In this document: positions 49,427-61,009 of the stretch, in pieces | Layout: each line of letters begins with the position of its first letter | How positions within the stretch are numbered: position 1 is the first letter of the stretch | Source: Nemertoderma westbladi | Lineage: Eukaryota; Animalia; Xenacoelomorpha | DNA: 64,000 bases | Direction of reading: 5' to 3' | Assembly: GCA_032718475.1 (NCBI GenBank) | Contig: JAUCBJ010006691.1 | Location: forward strand, 102,275-166,274 | Translations under genes and position numbers: made by a program | Notes under the pieces: generated by a model | The model's database searches: none | What the model was told of the DNA's origin: nothing | The model's input: only the letters and a program-made list of their open reading frames with translations

Positions 49427-49577
49427 TGTGAGTGAGTGAGTGAGTGAGTGAGTGAGTGAGTGAGTGAGTGAGTGAGTGAGTGAGTGAGTGAGTGAGTGAG
49501 TGAGTGAGTGAGTGAGTGAGTGAGTGAGTGAGTGAGTGAGTGAGTGAGTGAGTGAGTGAGTGAGTGAGTGAGTGAGT
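49427..49577. repeat. (GTGA)n microsatellite
   Basis: About 37 perfect tetramer units; same motif as 23590-24446 on the other strand. Confidence 0.98.
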
Positions 49578-49750
49578 TGTAATTGCTTCAATTTTTTCTG
49601 AAGGTACTTATCCTGGCTGGTGTTATAAGCCACTTTGAGATCTTCTTTACAGTAGCTTCTTTCTCAACCTTGTCGTTCAGTTTTTACTTTCACTTTATCT
49701 TAGATATTCGATCAATCTGATATGCCGAGCTTCAATTAATTATTTTCCAG

Positions 49751-50316
49751 ATGCTATTTGGACGAATCCGTTGCAATTCTACAAAGCAAGCGCGGCTGAG
49801 AACGATAACAATACAATAATTATTCTGGATGACGATGTGGAGGTACTTTCTGATATTAATGTGGATGAGGTGACTGAGGTATCTGAAGATGAGATAGTTG
49901 TCACTAAGTCTACCCAATCAAAGGGCAGGTCTAGCCAACCACCAACCCAGTCTAGCAAGGCAACAGCGGTTCAATCCAACAACTCACCGCAGTCACCGGT
50001 ACTATCTACTAATTCACCTGTACCGTCCACTAACTCACCGGTGCCACAGTCCACTAACTCACCGCTACAGTCCACTAACTCGCCGGTGCCACAGTCCACT
50101 AACTCACAGCTACAGTCCACTAACTCACCGGTACCACAGTCCACTAACTCACAGCTACAGTCCACTAACTCACCGGTACCACAGTCCACTAACTCACAGC
50201 TACAGTCCACTAACTCACCGGTACCACAGTCCACTAACTCACCGGTACAGTCAAACAACTCATTGGACAAGTCAACTGTGGACGAAGCACCAGAAAATAC
50301 TGATATTGCCAACTGA
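49751..50316 (+). CDS. SET/TSPY-like NAP-family protein, exon 3 (terminal) with acidic and S-P/S-Q repeat tail
   Basis: Acceptor ttttccAG 49749-49750; phase-1 junction gives IAEIFR-DAIWTNPLQFY (cf. SET DDIWPNPLQYY); acidic stretch then (QSTNSPVP/QSTNSQL)n; stop TGA at 50314-50316; spliced CDS 1494 nt = 497 aa. Confidence 0.85.
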
Positions 50317-50510
50317 TAAAGCAAGCTGATGTTCCTGATAACCTTGATTTTATACAGTACCGGTACTACAAACTAAATCAATTTAGATTTTAGTGTTATC
50401 GTTTTATATATTATATCATCATCATGGAATTGCAGTAAAACTGTACAATGTAGGATGGTTTACCTACAACGTGCTTTGCTTGTAGTTTCACATATTTTTT
50501 TGTTTATAAG

Positions 50511-51244
50511 CAGTGACAGGATGTGATACGAAACCGGATTTTCGCATTTTGTATCGCATTATTTTCTTCGTATTGTATTATAAAATTATCTTCGTATCGT
50601 ATTGTTCAAAAATGTATTTTTCGTATTTCGAATCGTATTTTCGTATCTTTTTATTTTGTAACTATTCATGTTTTTAACAGTCAAACCAGAGATAACACCA
50701 CTTATTTGTTTAAACAATTTTCTCAAAATTGACGGCGTATATATTAGGTTAAACAGCTTACAGTTTTATTATGTCAATAAAATGTGTTTTAAGACAAGAT
50801 GATCGTATAGAATATAGAATAATGATAAAAATACCACTGATATTATAGCTGATATATACAGTTTAAATAAATTCGTGAGAAAAATTATAATCGCGCCTAC
50901 AAGGCATTCGTTGTTATGGCATTCTAGTGAGATAATAAAATAAATTAAACAGTTTTATTCTAGTATTATTAGTTTGACTTCGAAATTGAAGTTTTGAATT
51001 TTATTCCATATTAGTAGACCAATTTCATAATTGCAAAAATAACGGCAACTCCAGAATTAAAAATATGAATTACCTTTTTTATATTATTATTGTATTTCTA
51101 AAGCAAATATTAGATCATTAAAAAAATTTCATCCAGATGTGATTTTTTGTATCGGAAAATCGGTATTTTCTCAAAATTGCATTTAATATCATATTGTAAA
51201 TAATTCGTTCGCATCTTTTCTTATCGTATCGTATCCTGTCCCTG
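50511..51244. mobile_element. MITE with CAG(T/G)GACAGGAT.. termini (hAT-like)
   Basis: CAGTGACAGGATGTGATACG / CGTATCGTATCCTGTCCCTG; subterminal TCGTAT repeats; TSD not clear. Confidence 0.55.
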
Positions 51245-52059
51245 TATAACTAACTACAGGTATCATTTGCATACATATCGCATTATATAAATATTATAAT
51301 TCTGGTTTTTAACTTTGCGTTACCATTGACCACATTTCGTTTCCACAGCCAACCAATCAGGTCTGGTTGGTGTAGTGTACTGGAGGCTCATTGTTCGACT
51401 CTGATCCCCGTCAGTTACGTTTGTCATGAATGCAATATGGGTGCGGGTGGGTCAGATAGATCGATAGATGGCACAAATTGATAGGGATAATAATTTGCGA
51501 TAAGGTAGTAGAGACCGATGGTTTCGCGTCATTTCGCGTCTGTGGTATCTTATTCAGGTGTCGTTAAGGGAAATGAGCACTGAGCAAGTTACAGAAACAT
51601 GTTATTGTAACCAAAACAATAAACGATAATTACAGTTTAATTTTTAATAGCAAGCAGTTATAAATAGAAACAAAAAAATGTCGCAGTACGAAACCGCCCC
51701 ACGAACGACATAAAAGACGTAGGACCTAATGACTGAACGCAATACTGGTAGCAGGTTCCTTTTATTAAACAAGACTTTGGCAATATGGCTTCTAGGTTTG
51801 TTACAATTCGCCACCTAGCGGCCGACAAATTGTAGGTATATTCACGTGCTCTTTAGCTGTTAAATTATTTCTAAATTGACGCTGTCCCTTCTTGGGAATT
51901 TGACAAAAAAATAATAATTAATCTATTTAAGAATACAAAGTCAGTTGTTTATTTGTAATAATTTGCTTTTAATTTTTAAGTTTATTTTTATAGTCCTACT
52001 TTACATTTCGGCTCAAGTTGGTCGCATTTTTCAACCTTTTTCTACGAAATTCGGTCACC

Positions 52060-53950
52060 ACAACATAAATTGACTTACACAACAAATTGACTTACACAAC
52101 ATATAGACTTACACAACATATAGACTTACACAACATATAGACTTACACAACATATAGTCTTACACAACATATTGACTTACACAACATATAGACTTACACA
52201 ACATATAGACTTACACAACATATAGTCTTACACAACATATAGACTTACACAACATATAGACTTACACAACATATAGACATACACAACATATAGTCTTACA
52301 CAACATATAGACTTACACAACATATAGACTTACACAACATATAGACTTACACAACATATAGATTTACACAACAAATAGTCTTACACAACATATAGACTTA
52401 CACAACATATAGATTCACTCAACAAATAGTCTTACACAACATATAGACTTACACAACATATAGACTTACACAACATATGGACTTACACAACATATAGACT
52501 TACACAACATATAGACATACACAACATATAGTCTTACACAACATATAGACTTACACAACATATAGACTTACACAACATATAGACTTACACAACATATAGA
52601 CTTACACAACATATAGACTTACACAACATATAGTCTTACACAACATATAGACTTACACAACATATAGACTTACACAACATATAGACTTACACAACATATA
52701 GATTTACACAACATATAGATTTACACAACATATAGACTTACACAACATATAGACTTACACAACATATAGTCTTACACAACATATAGACTTACACAACATA
52801 TAGACTTACACAACATATAGACTTACACAACATATAGACTTACACAACATATAGACTTACACAACATATAGATTTACTCAACAAATAGACTTACACAACA
52901 AATAGTCTTACACAACAAATAGTCTTACACAACATATAGACTTACACAACATATAGATTTACTCAACAAATAGTCTTACACAACATATAGACTTACACAA
53001 CATATAGACTTACACAACATATAGACTTACACAACATATAGATTTACACAACAAATAGACTTACACAACATATAGATTTACTCAACAAATAGACTTACAC
53101 AACATATAGACTTACACAACATATAGACTTACACAACATATAGATTTACACAACAAATAGACTTACACAACAAATAGTCTTACACAACAAATAGACTTAC
53201 ACAACATATAGACTTACACAACATATAGATTCACTCAACAAATAGTCTTACACAACATATAGATTTACACAACAAATAGTCTTACACAACATATAGACTT
53301 ACACAACATATAGATTCACTCAACAAATAGTCTTACACAACATATAGACTTACACAACATATAGACTTACACAACATATAGATTTACTCAACAAATAGAC
53401 TTACACACAACAAATAGTCTTACACAACAAATAGTCTTACACAACAAATAGTCTTACACAACATATAGACTTACACAACATATAGATTTACTCAACAAAT
53501 AGTCTTACACAACATATAGACTTACACAACATATAGACTTACACAACATATAGATTTACTCAACGAATAGACTTACACAACAAATAGTCTTACACAACAA
53601 ATAGTCTTACACAACATATAGACTTACACAACATATAGATTTACTCAACAAATAGTCTTACACAACATATAGACTTACACAACATATAGACTTACACAAC
53701 ATATAGACTTACACAACATATAGATTTACACAACAAATAGACTTACACAACATATAGATTTACTCAACAAATAGACTTACACAACATATAGACTTACACA
53801 ACATATAGACTTACACAACATATAGATTTACACAACAAATAGACTTACACAACAAATAGTCTTACACAACAAATAGACTTACACAACATATAGACTTACA
53901 CAACATATAGACTTACACAACATATAGACTTACACAACACAATAGACTTA
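52060..53950. repeat. 17-bp satellite (about 110 units)
   Basis: Unit ACTTACACAACATATAG with recurrent variants (TCTT, ATTTACTC, AAATAG). Confidence 0.98.
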
Positions 53951-54627
53951 ATTTATTGATCGAAGATGGGTCAGCTTCACGGTAAAGTTGGACAAAGTGG
54001 AAGCCTACCTGGTTTCTGGGTTTAGTAAATTGCCAGATTTCGGAGTACGGTACCCGGTCGGCGCGGTGCAGGGTACGGTAGGCCTATGATCTTTTAGATT
54101 GTGTCGTGTACCGGTACCCCCCCCCCCCCCCCCCCGCAGCTGCTATTTATTTAACGATAACCTACAGACCTACCGGTATGCTAAGGCTTAGCTCTTTGTT
54201 CTGTTCTGAACCTACCTGCCTTGCTGCCTACACCAAGTGGAAGTGGGTAGGTCCCACACCGGGCTGCCGCCTGCCGGGATCACTGGGCAGCCGGATCTGG
54301 AGACTGGCCTCTGATCTGTGTGATGGCTGGATTGGATAAACTTACTTTTGGCGGTATTGGTAAATTTCTTAATTATTAGTCACTTAATTCTAATCGCAAC
54401 GTCGTAACGTGTCTCGTGCTGCGCGAAGGCCCCACGTACTGACGTATGTGTAATACAGTAATAATTACAGTCTAACAATAAGTAAACAAAAGTACGTACT
54501 GAAGTAAGCCTCGATCAGTCGATCGATACACATAATACTGTACTGTCAGACTGTAATCAGGTAAGGTAATATTGTCTGATTGTACCGATAAGGTTACCGG
54601 TACATTTAGGCCAACATTGCTGTCAGC

Positions 54628-57600
54628 ATGTCTATCGTTTGCGGATATGAGGCGGTACGAACTCAAATATTAGATATTTTAGCACTTGATTCCCCGTTAA
54701 TTGTTGAAAAATTAGCCTATGTTTTTCATCTGCTTAACATCAATGTTACGTCGGTTGCCACTGGCAACCGAGGATTTTCGAGCCAACAACTCGAGCTCGC
54801 CGTTCTTAGAATATGCCAAGAATTATTATTGGTATCAGAAAACAACGATTTGAAAATTCAAGGATTATCAGCGATATCATCTCTTATTGGACAGGAGAAA
54901 GTATCTTTTACTCAAAAGGGCCTAACAGAAATAGTTAGATTTATCGAGGAACTGGTGCGAGATAGAATCGCGTTTACAAACCCAGACGTATTTCGCGTTG
55001 TTTGTTGCCTTCTGTACTCGGACGGAGGCCGACTAACTAACCAACAACTCGAAACGTTAATCGGCGTCGATGGGGAAACGAAAAACGGATGTTTATGGAA
55101 GTTTACCGAAGTCGACAACCCGGAGATCCAACGGTTAGCTTTGTTGACATTAGGTAACCTGTGTGCTAAGGGCGATGCTGGGCTCGGGATGGACGAGATT
55201 TACCAGGTTGCTTTATTAAATACTTTTGCATCGGTTTTGTACGGCGACAAGGATTTATGGAAATTCGACGAGATTTCTTCGTGTCGACTACTTTTAGCGG
55301 CTCTCAAAGGCGTCGACCTACTGACGACTTCGTACAGGACGGTATATTTGTCCCGGTTGGGTCATCTCATTCAAGGTGTGAAACGCTTCTGTTTCTACGG
55401 TCTCCCGGGTTACCATATAAACTCCAGGAACACCGTAAGTCGCGCTGTCAATGACGTCACTTGCGGTCCATCCAAGTCACCCAGTGGGGGTCGAACCCGG
55501 GACCCTTTCCTCCCGACCTGGGCAACCTCTGAGTCCGACTCGGAATTGTCCGGGTCGGACACGTGGCGAGCCGAGACCACCATAACCCTCGGCCAATACA
55601 AATCGAAGCTGCGACTCTGCAGTCTGAACTGCCTCTCCCAGCTGCTCCGATGCACCCCCAAGCGACTGCTGATGACGCAGTGGGATTCCCTGGTCCCAGA
55701 CCCCGGTGGTTCCCACTCGCTACTCACCTCGGTGCTCCGGGATCCCAACCACCGCTGTCGCGCCGCTGGCGCTGCCGCCTTGGGAAACCTTCTCGATGGA
55801 TGTCGCGCCTTCCTCGCATCCGCCGACGAGGCCTCCAACTCCTACCGCTCCTCTTTCACACCTCTCTCTGCTAAACTCGCCTCTTCGGTGCTCGAGATCC
55901 AACGCTTTCTCCTCCTTGCTCTCTCCTCCGAATCCTCTTCCTTCGCTCTCATACAGATCATTAAGTCGCTGGGACTGTTGGTAGCGAACGCCCCATTCCG
56001 TAAACTCCGACCCGGGTTGCTGACCCGTTGTCTCCGCTCCCTCCATCCATTCCTCTCGCACCATGTGGAGACCATCCGAGTGGTCTGCTTCTCCTTCCTC
56101 GTTGCGCTCTGTTCCTCGGCTCGGGACGCCGGTCCCGTCGCAGAGGTTTACGAGCTCGTCCGTCCGGTTGAGTTCCCCAGCAGTAGTCGGATGTCCGGTT
56201 CGGGTAGTGTTCCCGACAGCGGTAGTGTCCCCGGCACCCCCACACTGTACCCCAACCAACCGATGTATCTAAAGAAATCAAACAATATTATTCCTTTCGC
56301 TCAAAATTCATTCGATATCCATTCGGTTCAACCTTCTGAAACAAATCCCTCTTTAATATGCACTGCACCGGATAATGTCCCTACAATGTCCCAGCATTTC
56401 GCTCCAAAATCTCAACCTGTCCCAGTCCCTACAATGTCACAACCAGTCACTACAATGTCACAACCTGCCCCTACAATGTCACAACCTGTCCCTACAGTGT
56501 CCCAACCCATCCCTACATTATCTCAACCTGTCCCAGTCCCTACAATGTCACAACCTGCCCCTACAATGTCACAACCTGTCCCTTCAATGTCACAACCTGT
56601 CTCTACAGTATCTCAACCTGTCCCAGTCCCTACAATGTCACAACCTGCCCCTACAATGTCACAACCTGTCCCTTCAATGTCACAACCTGTCTCTACAGTG
56701 CCCCATTCTGTCCCTACAGTGTCCCAACCTGTCTCTACAGTGTCCCATTCTGTCCCTACAGTGCCCCAACCTGTCCCTACAGTGTCCCAGACTGTTGCTA
56801 GAGTGCCCCACTCTGTCCCTTCAGTGTCCCACTCTGTCCCTCCACCGTTCCGTATGTCCCACTCGGGTGAGGCCCCCCGTCCCTTGGCTGACTCTCGTCC
56901 CTGGATCATCCGACTCTGCGTCGAGTCGCTGTGCAACCGGAGTACTGAACTCTCGGAAGGCGGCCACTTCCAGAGCATCCCGAGCGAGGCCGTCCCGGTT
57001 CGACTCGAGGCTATAAAACTCCTCCAGTCACTGGTATCCAACTACTTCCCGGTGGTTCGCGGACATCTGTTAGCGGTTACGGACGCCGCTGTGTACTCGC
57101 TGACACTCGCCGATAGCGAAACTCCGATTGTGACCCACTCGGGTAAGCTGGTCTGCACAGTGGCGCGCCGCCTGGACGAGCGGCGTTACGGGGAGGAGGA
57201 CCCGGAAGAGCACCCACATCGAGCAATCCGGCCTCCTCTATCGATGCAGGAAATCCTCTCCTTTTGGACTGCCGTCTTCTCCTCCCCGCTCCTCGGCGTT
57301 CTCTCTTCCTCGTCCAACTCGACTCTGCGACTCTCGATACTCGAGATATTCACGTGCATCGGCGACCGCGCGTTCGGTGGAGTTCCTCCTCGGAACTCAC
57401 TGTGCTGTTTGTCGTTGTTCCTCGGCTACTCGTCGGACCCCGATGCAGCCGTACGCTGCGTCGCTCACCGCGGTATCGGGGTCGCTCTGGGCTACCCGAG
57501 TCTCCGCGACGACGGCGACTTCGTGCGACACGCGGTGGACGCGTTGCTCCTCGGGTTGGCGACGTCCGAGGCGGGCCTCGTCCGCTCGCGAGCCGCGTGG

Positions 57601-58416
57601 GCCCTCAGCTGTCTTGCGGACTCGCAACTCGTCGCGCTGTCGCTCCCGCACACCGAGGTACTGCGGATCCTACGCGTCGCGGTCGGCGTCCTCCAAACCG
57701 ACACGGACAGGGTCCGACAGAACCTATGTCGTGGTGTCGGATGTCTGCTCGCCATTCTTTGCCGACAACCTGGTTTCAATGCAGACCCCATTGTCGGAGT
57801 TGCCATCGATACCCTCTGCGTGAATCTGAAGACGGGGAGGGTCAAATGTGGATGGAATGCGGCGTGCGCGTTGAGGATGGTGTTAGGAGTTCTAGAACCA
57901 TCTGAATGTGCCTCTTCTTCCGTAATCTCAGCTCTTCAGTGCCTTTCCGAAGTGGCAGTCGACTCGCCAAACTTCAAGGTTCGCACGAACGCAACTGCCG
58001 CACTTGCTGCGTTACGTCATCGCTGTTGCTACGGTAACTCAGATATTTTTGTGTCTGTTTGCCGCTCTGTTTGTTTGGGTATAGCCAACAGGGATACTAT
58101 GCAGGATTTCTCTGAGTTAAAATACCAATCGGCTCTTCAGAATCAGTTGTTTATGACATTTTTTCATTTGATTGGATTGGTTGAAACCAACGACATTATA
58201 GGTCTCACCGATACCTTGTTATCCAATCACGATATTCTTAAAACTTTCTGCTGTAAATTTTCTGTGCGAGACGACTCAAATGATTCTAATTCTAAACTAA
58301 ATGTTCTAGAAAGAGTCACCGACCACCTTAATAATGTGCTAGAAGTATCTGATGGGCAACCCCAGTGTATTTCTATTATTAAGCTTTTGGTGTCATTAAT
58401 TGCAACAATAAATTAA
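54628..58416 (+). CDS. HEATR6: HEAT repeat-containing protein 6, single 1262-aa ORF
   Basis: SESDSE, SKLRLCSLNCL, WDSLVPD, SLLTSVLRDP..RCRAA..LLDG, SFTPLSAKLA, NAPFRKLRPGLL (DUF4042-type region) and C-terminal WNAACAL, NFKVRTNATAAL motifs; in-frame (PTMSQPV)n insert at about 56380-56850. An upstream exon cannot be excluded. Confidence 0.85.
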   Translation: MSIVCGYEAVRTQILDILALDSPLIVEKLAYVFHLLNINVTSVATGNRGFSSQQLELAVLRICQELLLVSENNDLKIQGLSAISSLIGQEKVSFTQKGLTEIVRFIEELVRDRIAFTNPDVFRVVCCLLYSDGGRLTNQQLETLIGVDGETKNGCLWKFTEVDNPEIQRLALLTLGNLCAKGDAGLGMDEIYQVALLNTFASVLYGDKDLWKFDEISSCRLLLAALKGVDLLTTSYRTVYLSRLGHLIQGVKRFCFYGLPGYHINSRNTVSRAVNDVTCGPSKSPSGGRTRDPFLPTWATSESDSELSGSDTWRAETTITLGQYKSKLRLCSLNCLSQLLRCTPKRLLMTQWDSLVPDPGGSHSLLTSVLRDPNHRCRAAGAAALGNLLDGCRAFLASADEASNSYRSSFTPLSAKLASSVLEIQRFLLLALSSESSSFALIQIIKSLGLLVANAPFRKLRPGLLTRCLRSLHPFLSHHVETIRVVCFSFLVALCSSARDAGPVAEVYELVRPVEFPSSSRMSGSGSVPDSGSVPGTPTLYPNQPMYLKKSNNIIPFAQNSFDIHSVQPSETNPSLICTAPDNVPTMSQHFAPKSQPVPVPTMSQPVTTMSQPAPTMSQPVPTVSQPIPTLSQPVPVPTMSQPAPTMSQPVPSMSQPVSTVSQPVPVPTMSQPAPTMSQPVPSMSQPVSTVPHSVPTVSQPVSTVSHSVPTVPQPVPTVSQTVARVPHSVPSVSHSVPPPFRMSHSGEAPRPLADSRPWIIRLCVESLCNRSTELSEGGHFQSIPSEAVPVRLEAIKLLQSLVSNYFPVVRGHLLAVTDAAVYSLTLADSETPIVTHSGKLVCTVARRLDERRYGEEDPEEHPHRAIRPPLSMQEILSFWTAVFSSPLLGVLSSSSNSTLRLSILEIFTCIGDRAFGGVPPRNSLCCLSLFLGYSSDPDAAVRCVAHRGIGVALGYPSLRDDGDFVRHAVDALLLGLATSEAGLVRSRAAWALSCLADSQLVALSLPHTEVLRILRVAVGVLQTDTDRVRQNLCRGVGCLLAILCRQPGFNADPIVGVAIDTLCVNLKTGRVKCGWNAACALRMVLGVLEPSECASSSVISALQCLSEVAVDSPNFKVRTNATAALAALRHRCCYGNSDIFVSVCRSVCLGIANRDTMQDFSELKYQSALQNQLFMTFFHLIGLVETNDIIGLTDTLLSNHDILKTFCCKFSVRDDSNDSNSKLNVLERVTDHLNNVLEVSDGQPQCISIIKLLVSLIATIN

Positions 58417-59759
58417 TTAAAGTGTTGCTGTGGCGCCCTGATGTGTCACAAATTGAACAACGTAACTCCATATATTATTATTTATTTTTATAATTGTGTT
58501 ATTTTGAAAACGTAACCCAATGTTACCCGGAATAGCCTTGTGGTCATTACCGACTACCCTATTATCTACTTGACTAAGAGCCCTGGCGTTTAAGTCTGGC
58601 TTCTGAATTTTTATTTTACTTTATTTATTAAGTAGAACCCATTACCAGTAGTCCTACCATGGCCTACTATAATAGTAGGTCGCTATGTTCGGTCGCTGTC
58701 GCTGTATTATTGACCTGAGTACTAAATACACTCAAACTCTTTTGAGTTGGTTTTATAACAAGAACAACTAGACATTGTATATATTAATAAAAAGGCCCGG
58801 TCGTATATTCGAGGAGGGTGTTTTAATATGCTAATTGGATCGTTTGATTGCCAGAAGGGGGGGGGGGGGGGGGGGGGGTCTTCGAGTAATGTTTTTTTCC
58901 CGGATTAAGTTTATGTCCGGAAAACTTTAATGTCCGGGCTATCGGCCTACTTTAATTTTTACATTTTTCAGGCATCGTCAATTCCACGGACTCCCGCTAG
59001 AGGCCAAAAGGTATAAATATTAAAATCTTCCCATTTTTATATCCTCAACATTAACCTTTGTAGGTAGGTACTACTGTATATCTAGACTGCCTATTTGTTT
59101 TATGTAGACTTTTAACACTCTGGACCATTTATAGTTCTAGACATAGTACGATAGATATATGGATATGTGATATGAGGGGACCGACTTACCGACCGATCTG
59201 CTACATATAGTCACAATAAAGATACTGCTGTACTGGTATCATGCAGACAGGTGCATGATATCGTGGATAACACAGACTACACAGAATACGCACATCCAGA
59301 CCTACTGCTATGGCATATATTTAGTATCAATATTCAATAATTTAATACGAGTGATATTATTGATCGTTTTAAATGATTTTTGCCATGCTGAATTATTTCG
59401 ATTGATATTATTGATCGATTTAAATAATGTTTCAAAACTGCATTATTTTGCTTAATATTATTGGTTGATTTAAAACATTTTATCTGTTGAATTATTTTGC
59501 TTGATATTATTGCTCGATTTAAATAACAGTTGACTTATTTCAACCGATTATATATATTATATTATATTATTAGGATATCGCGGAGACATCACAGTCATAG
59601 CAGCGATTGAACAATAAAATCATCGATTTAAAATTTAAGTAAAAACTCACATAAAATATACACAACGTCTTATGCTATGGCTTAAAATTAAGTAATATAT
59701 CTATTAAGTACGAATTTGTAATTAAAGTAAAATCATCTAAATATTGACACATTGTACTA

Positions 59760-60085
59760 ATTTGCTACATAAAACGATCAAACTTTAAAAATCTGTTAAA
59801 ATCAACAGTAGGTACACCAGCCTTAAAAATATTTAACGAAGTAAATGATACTAAATCGGATTATTAAATGCGATTATTAAATACATTTTGAATAGCTACT
59901 GATCGACACGGTAGATGTTGCAGCTTATATGGATGACCGCGCGTCGCCCGCACAGGCGAAACTGTTTGAAAAATATCGGTAGCACGAATATTGACCAAAC
60001 CATTAAATATTTTATACACTAAAATTATATATAATATATGTATACGGCGCAGTTCAAGTGGTTCTAGCTTCAAATATTGTAGCCT
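59760..60085 (-). mobile_element. CR1-clade LINE 3' fragment
   Basis: LKLEPLELRRI...LVYKIFNGLVNI...RATRGHPYKL...FNNRI matches the conserved CR1-type ORF2 C-terminus. Confidence 0.7.
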
Positions 60086-60439
60086 ACCGGGCCGGGGTAT
60101 GGTGTATTTTTATCAAGATTGCATCGCAGGCTGTTGCGCTGTCAGTCAGAGAGGTAACGGCCCATGGGGTAAGGATTTTACCCCTGGGGCGCTAACTGTC
60201 AGATAGTCTCATACCAACTGTCAGACAGTCGTTTTCAACTATCAGATAGATGATCGCCCAGTTACAAGTTGCCCTCAGCTGTATTTTTTAAACCCCGAGA
60301 GTTGTTAACGGAGTGTCTGTTACTTCCGAAATCGTTGATCGTGGTGCCGGTACCGGAATTCTGGCTTTGAATATAAACACTGAACTGCTGAACGATGGCG
60401 GAATTTACGAAACCCGGATTCCTAATCCGAGAAGGCGAC

Positions 60440-60740
60440 GGAACGGAGTCTATTAAACGTAAACAATGAAACGATCGCGATGGACAACGGAGTCTATTCA
60501 ATCCAGAACGATACCATGGCTGCATGGCGACGGAGTCTATTACGGTATTAAACACGGAACCAGAACGATTAGACGATGGCGAGGTATACCGAGGTAATCT
60601 ACAAAACACAATGACAAGAAGGCGACGGAGTTTATTAAACCTAGAACCGAAGACGATGGAGTCTATTAAACCTAGAACCGAATACCACGGAATCTATTAA
60701 ACCTGGAACGAAGACGATGGAGTCTATAATCTATAAACCT
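60440..60740. repeat. Degenerate array of ACGGAGTCTATTAAAC motifs
   Basis: Seven copies at about 60443, 60487, 60530, 60625, 60657, 60687, 60717; spacing about 44 bp then about 31 bp. Confidence 0.7.
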
Positions 60741-61009
60741 GAAACAATGCGAAAGAAGCTACTGTAAAGTTAGACTGGTTTGTGAGATTAACCTGCCAAT
60801 ACTAACTCAATAGAATTAGCTTTATTCGAATTCCTAATAATATATTTTAATCTTAATAATAATTATTCAACATCAATTATTATTTTATAAGTCTTGTATA
60901 AGATTGCTAAAGTCTAAAGACAGAAAGAGCTAACTTTAGGATAATCTGCCTTAGGCCTATATTTTTAGAATTATTATAATTAATTTTGTTATGTTTATAA
61001 TGAATTATA

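Noticed and set aside
51360-51410. tRNA-like A/B boxes (TGGTGTAGTG...GTTCGACTC)
   Set aside because: Spacing too short and no cloverleaf; insufficient support.
54912-57905. Multiple overlapping and antisense ORFs within HEATR6
   Set aside because: Expected shadows of a GC-rich coding region; no independent motifs.
60120-60266. Possible solo LTR (TGTAAC...CA on the minus strand)
   Set aside because: No second LTR, TSD or convincing PBS/PPT.
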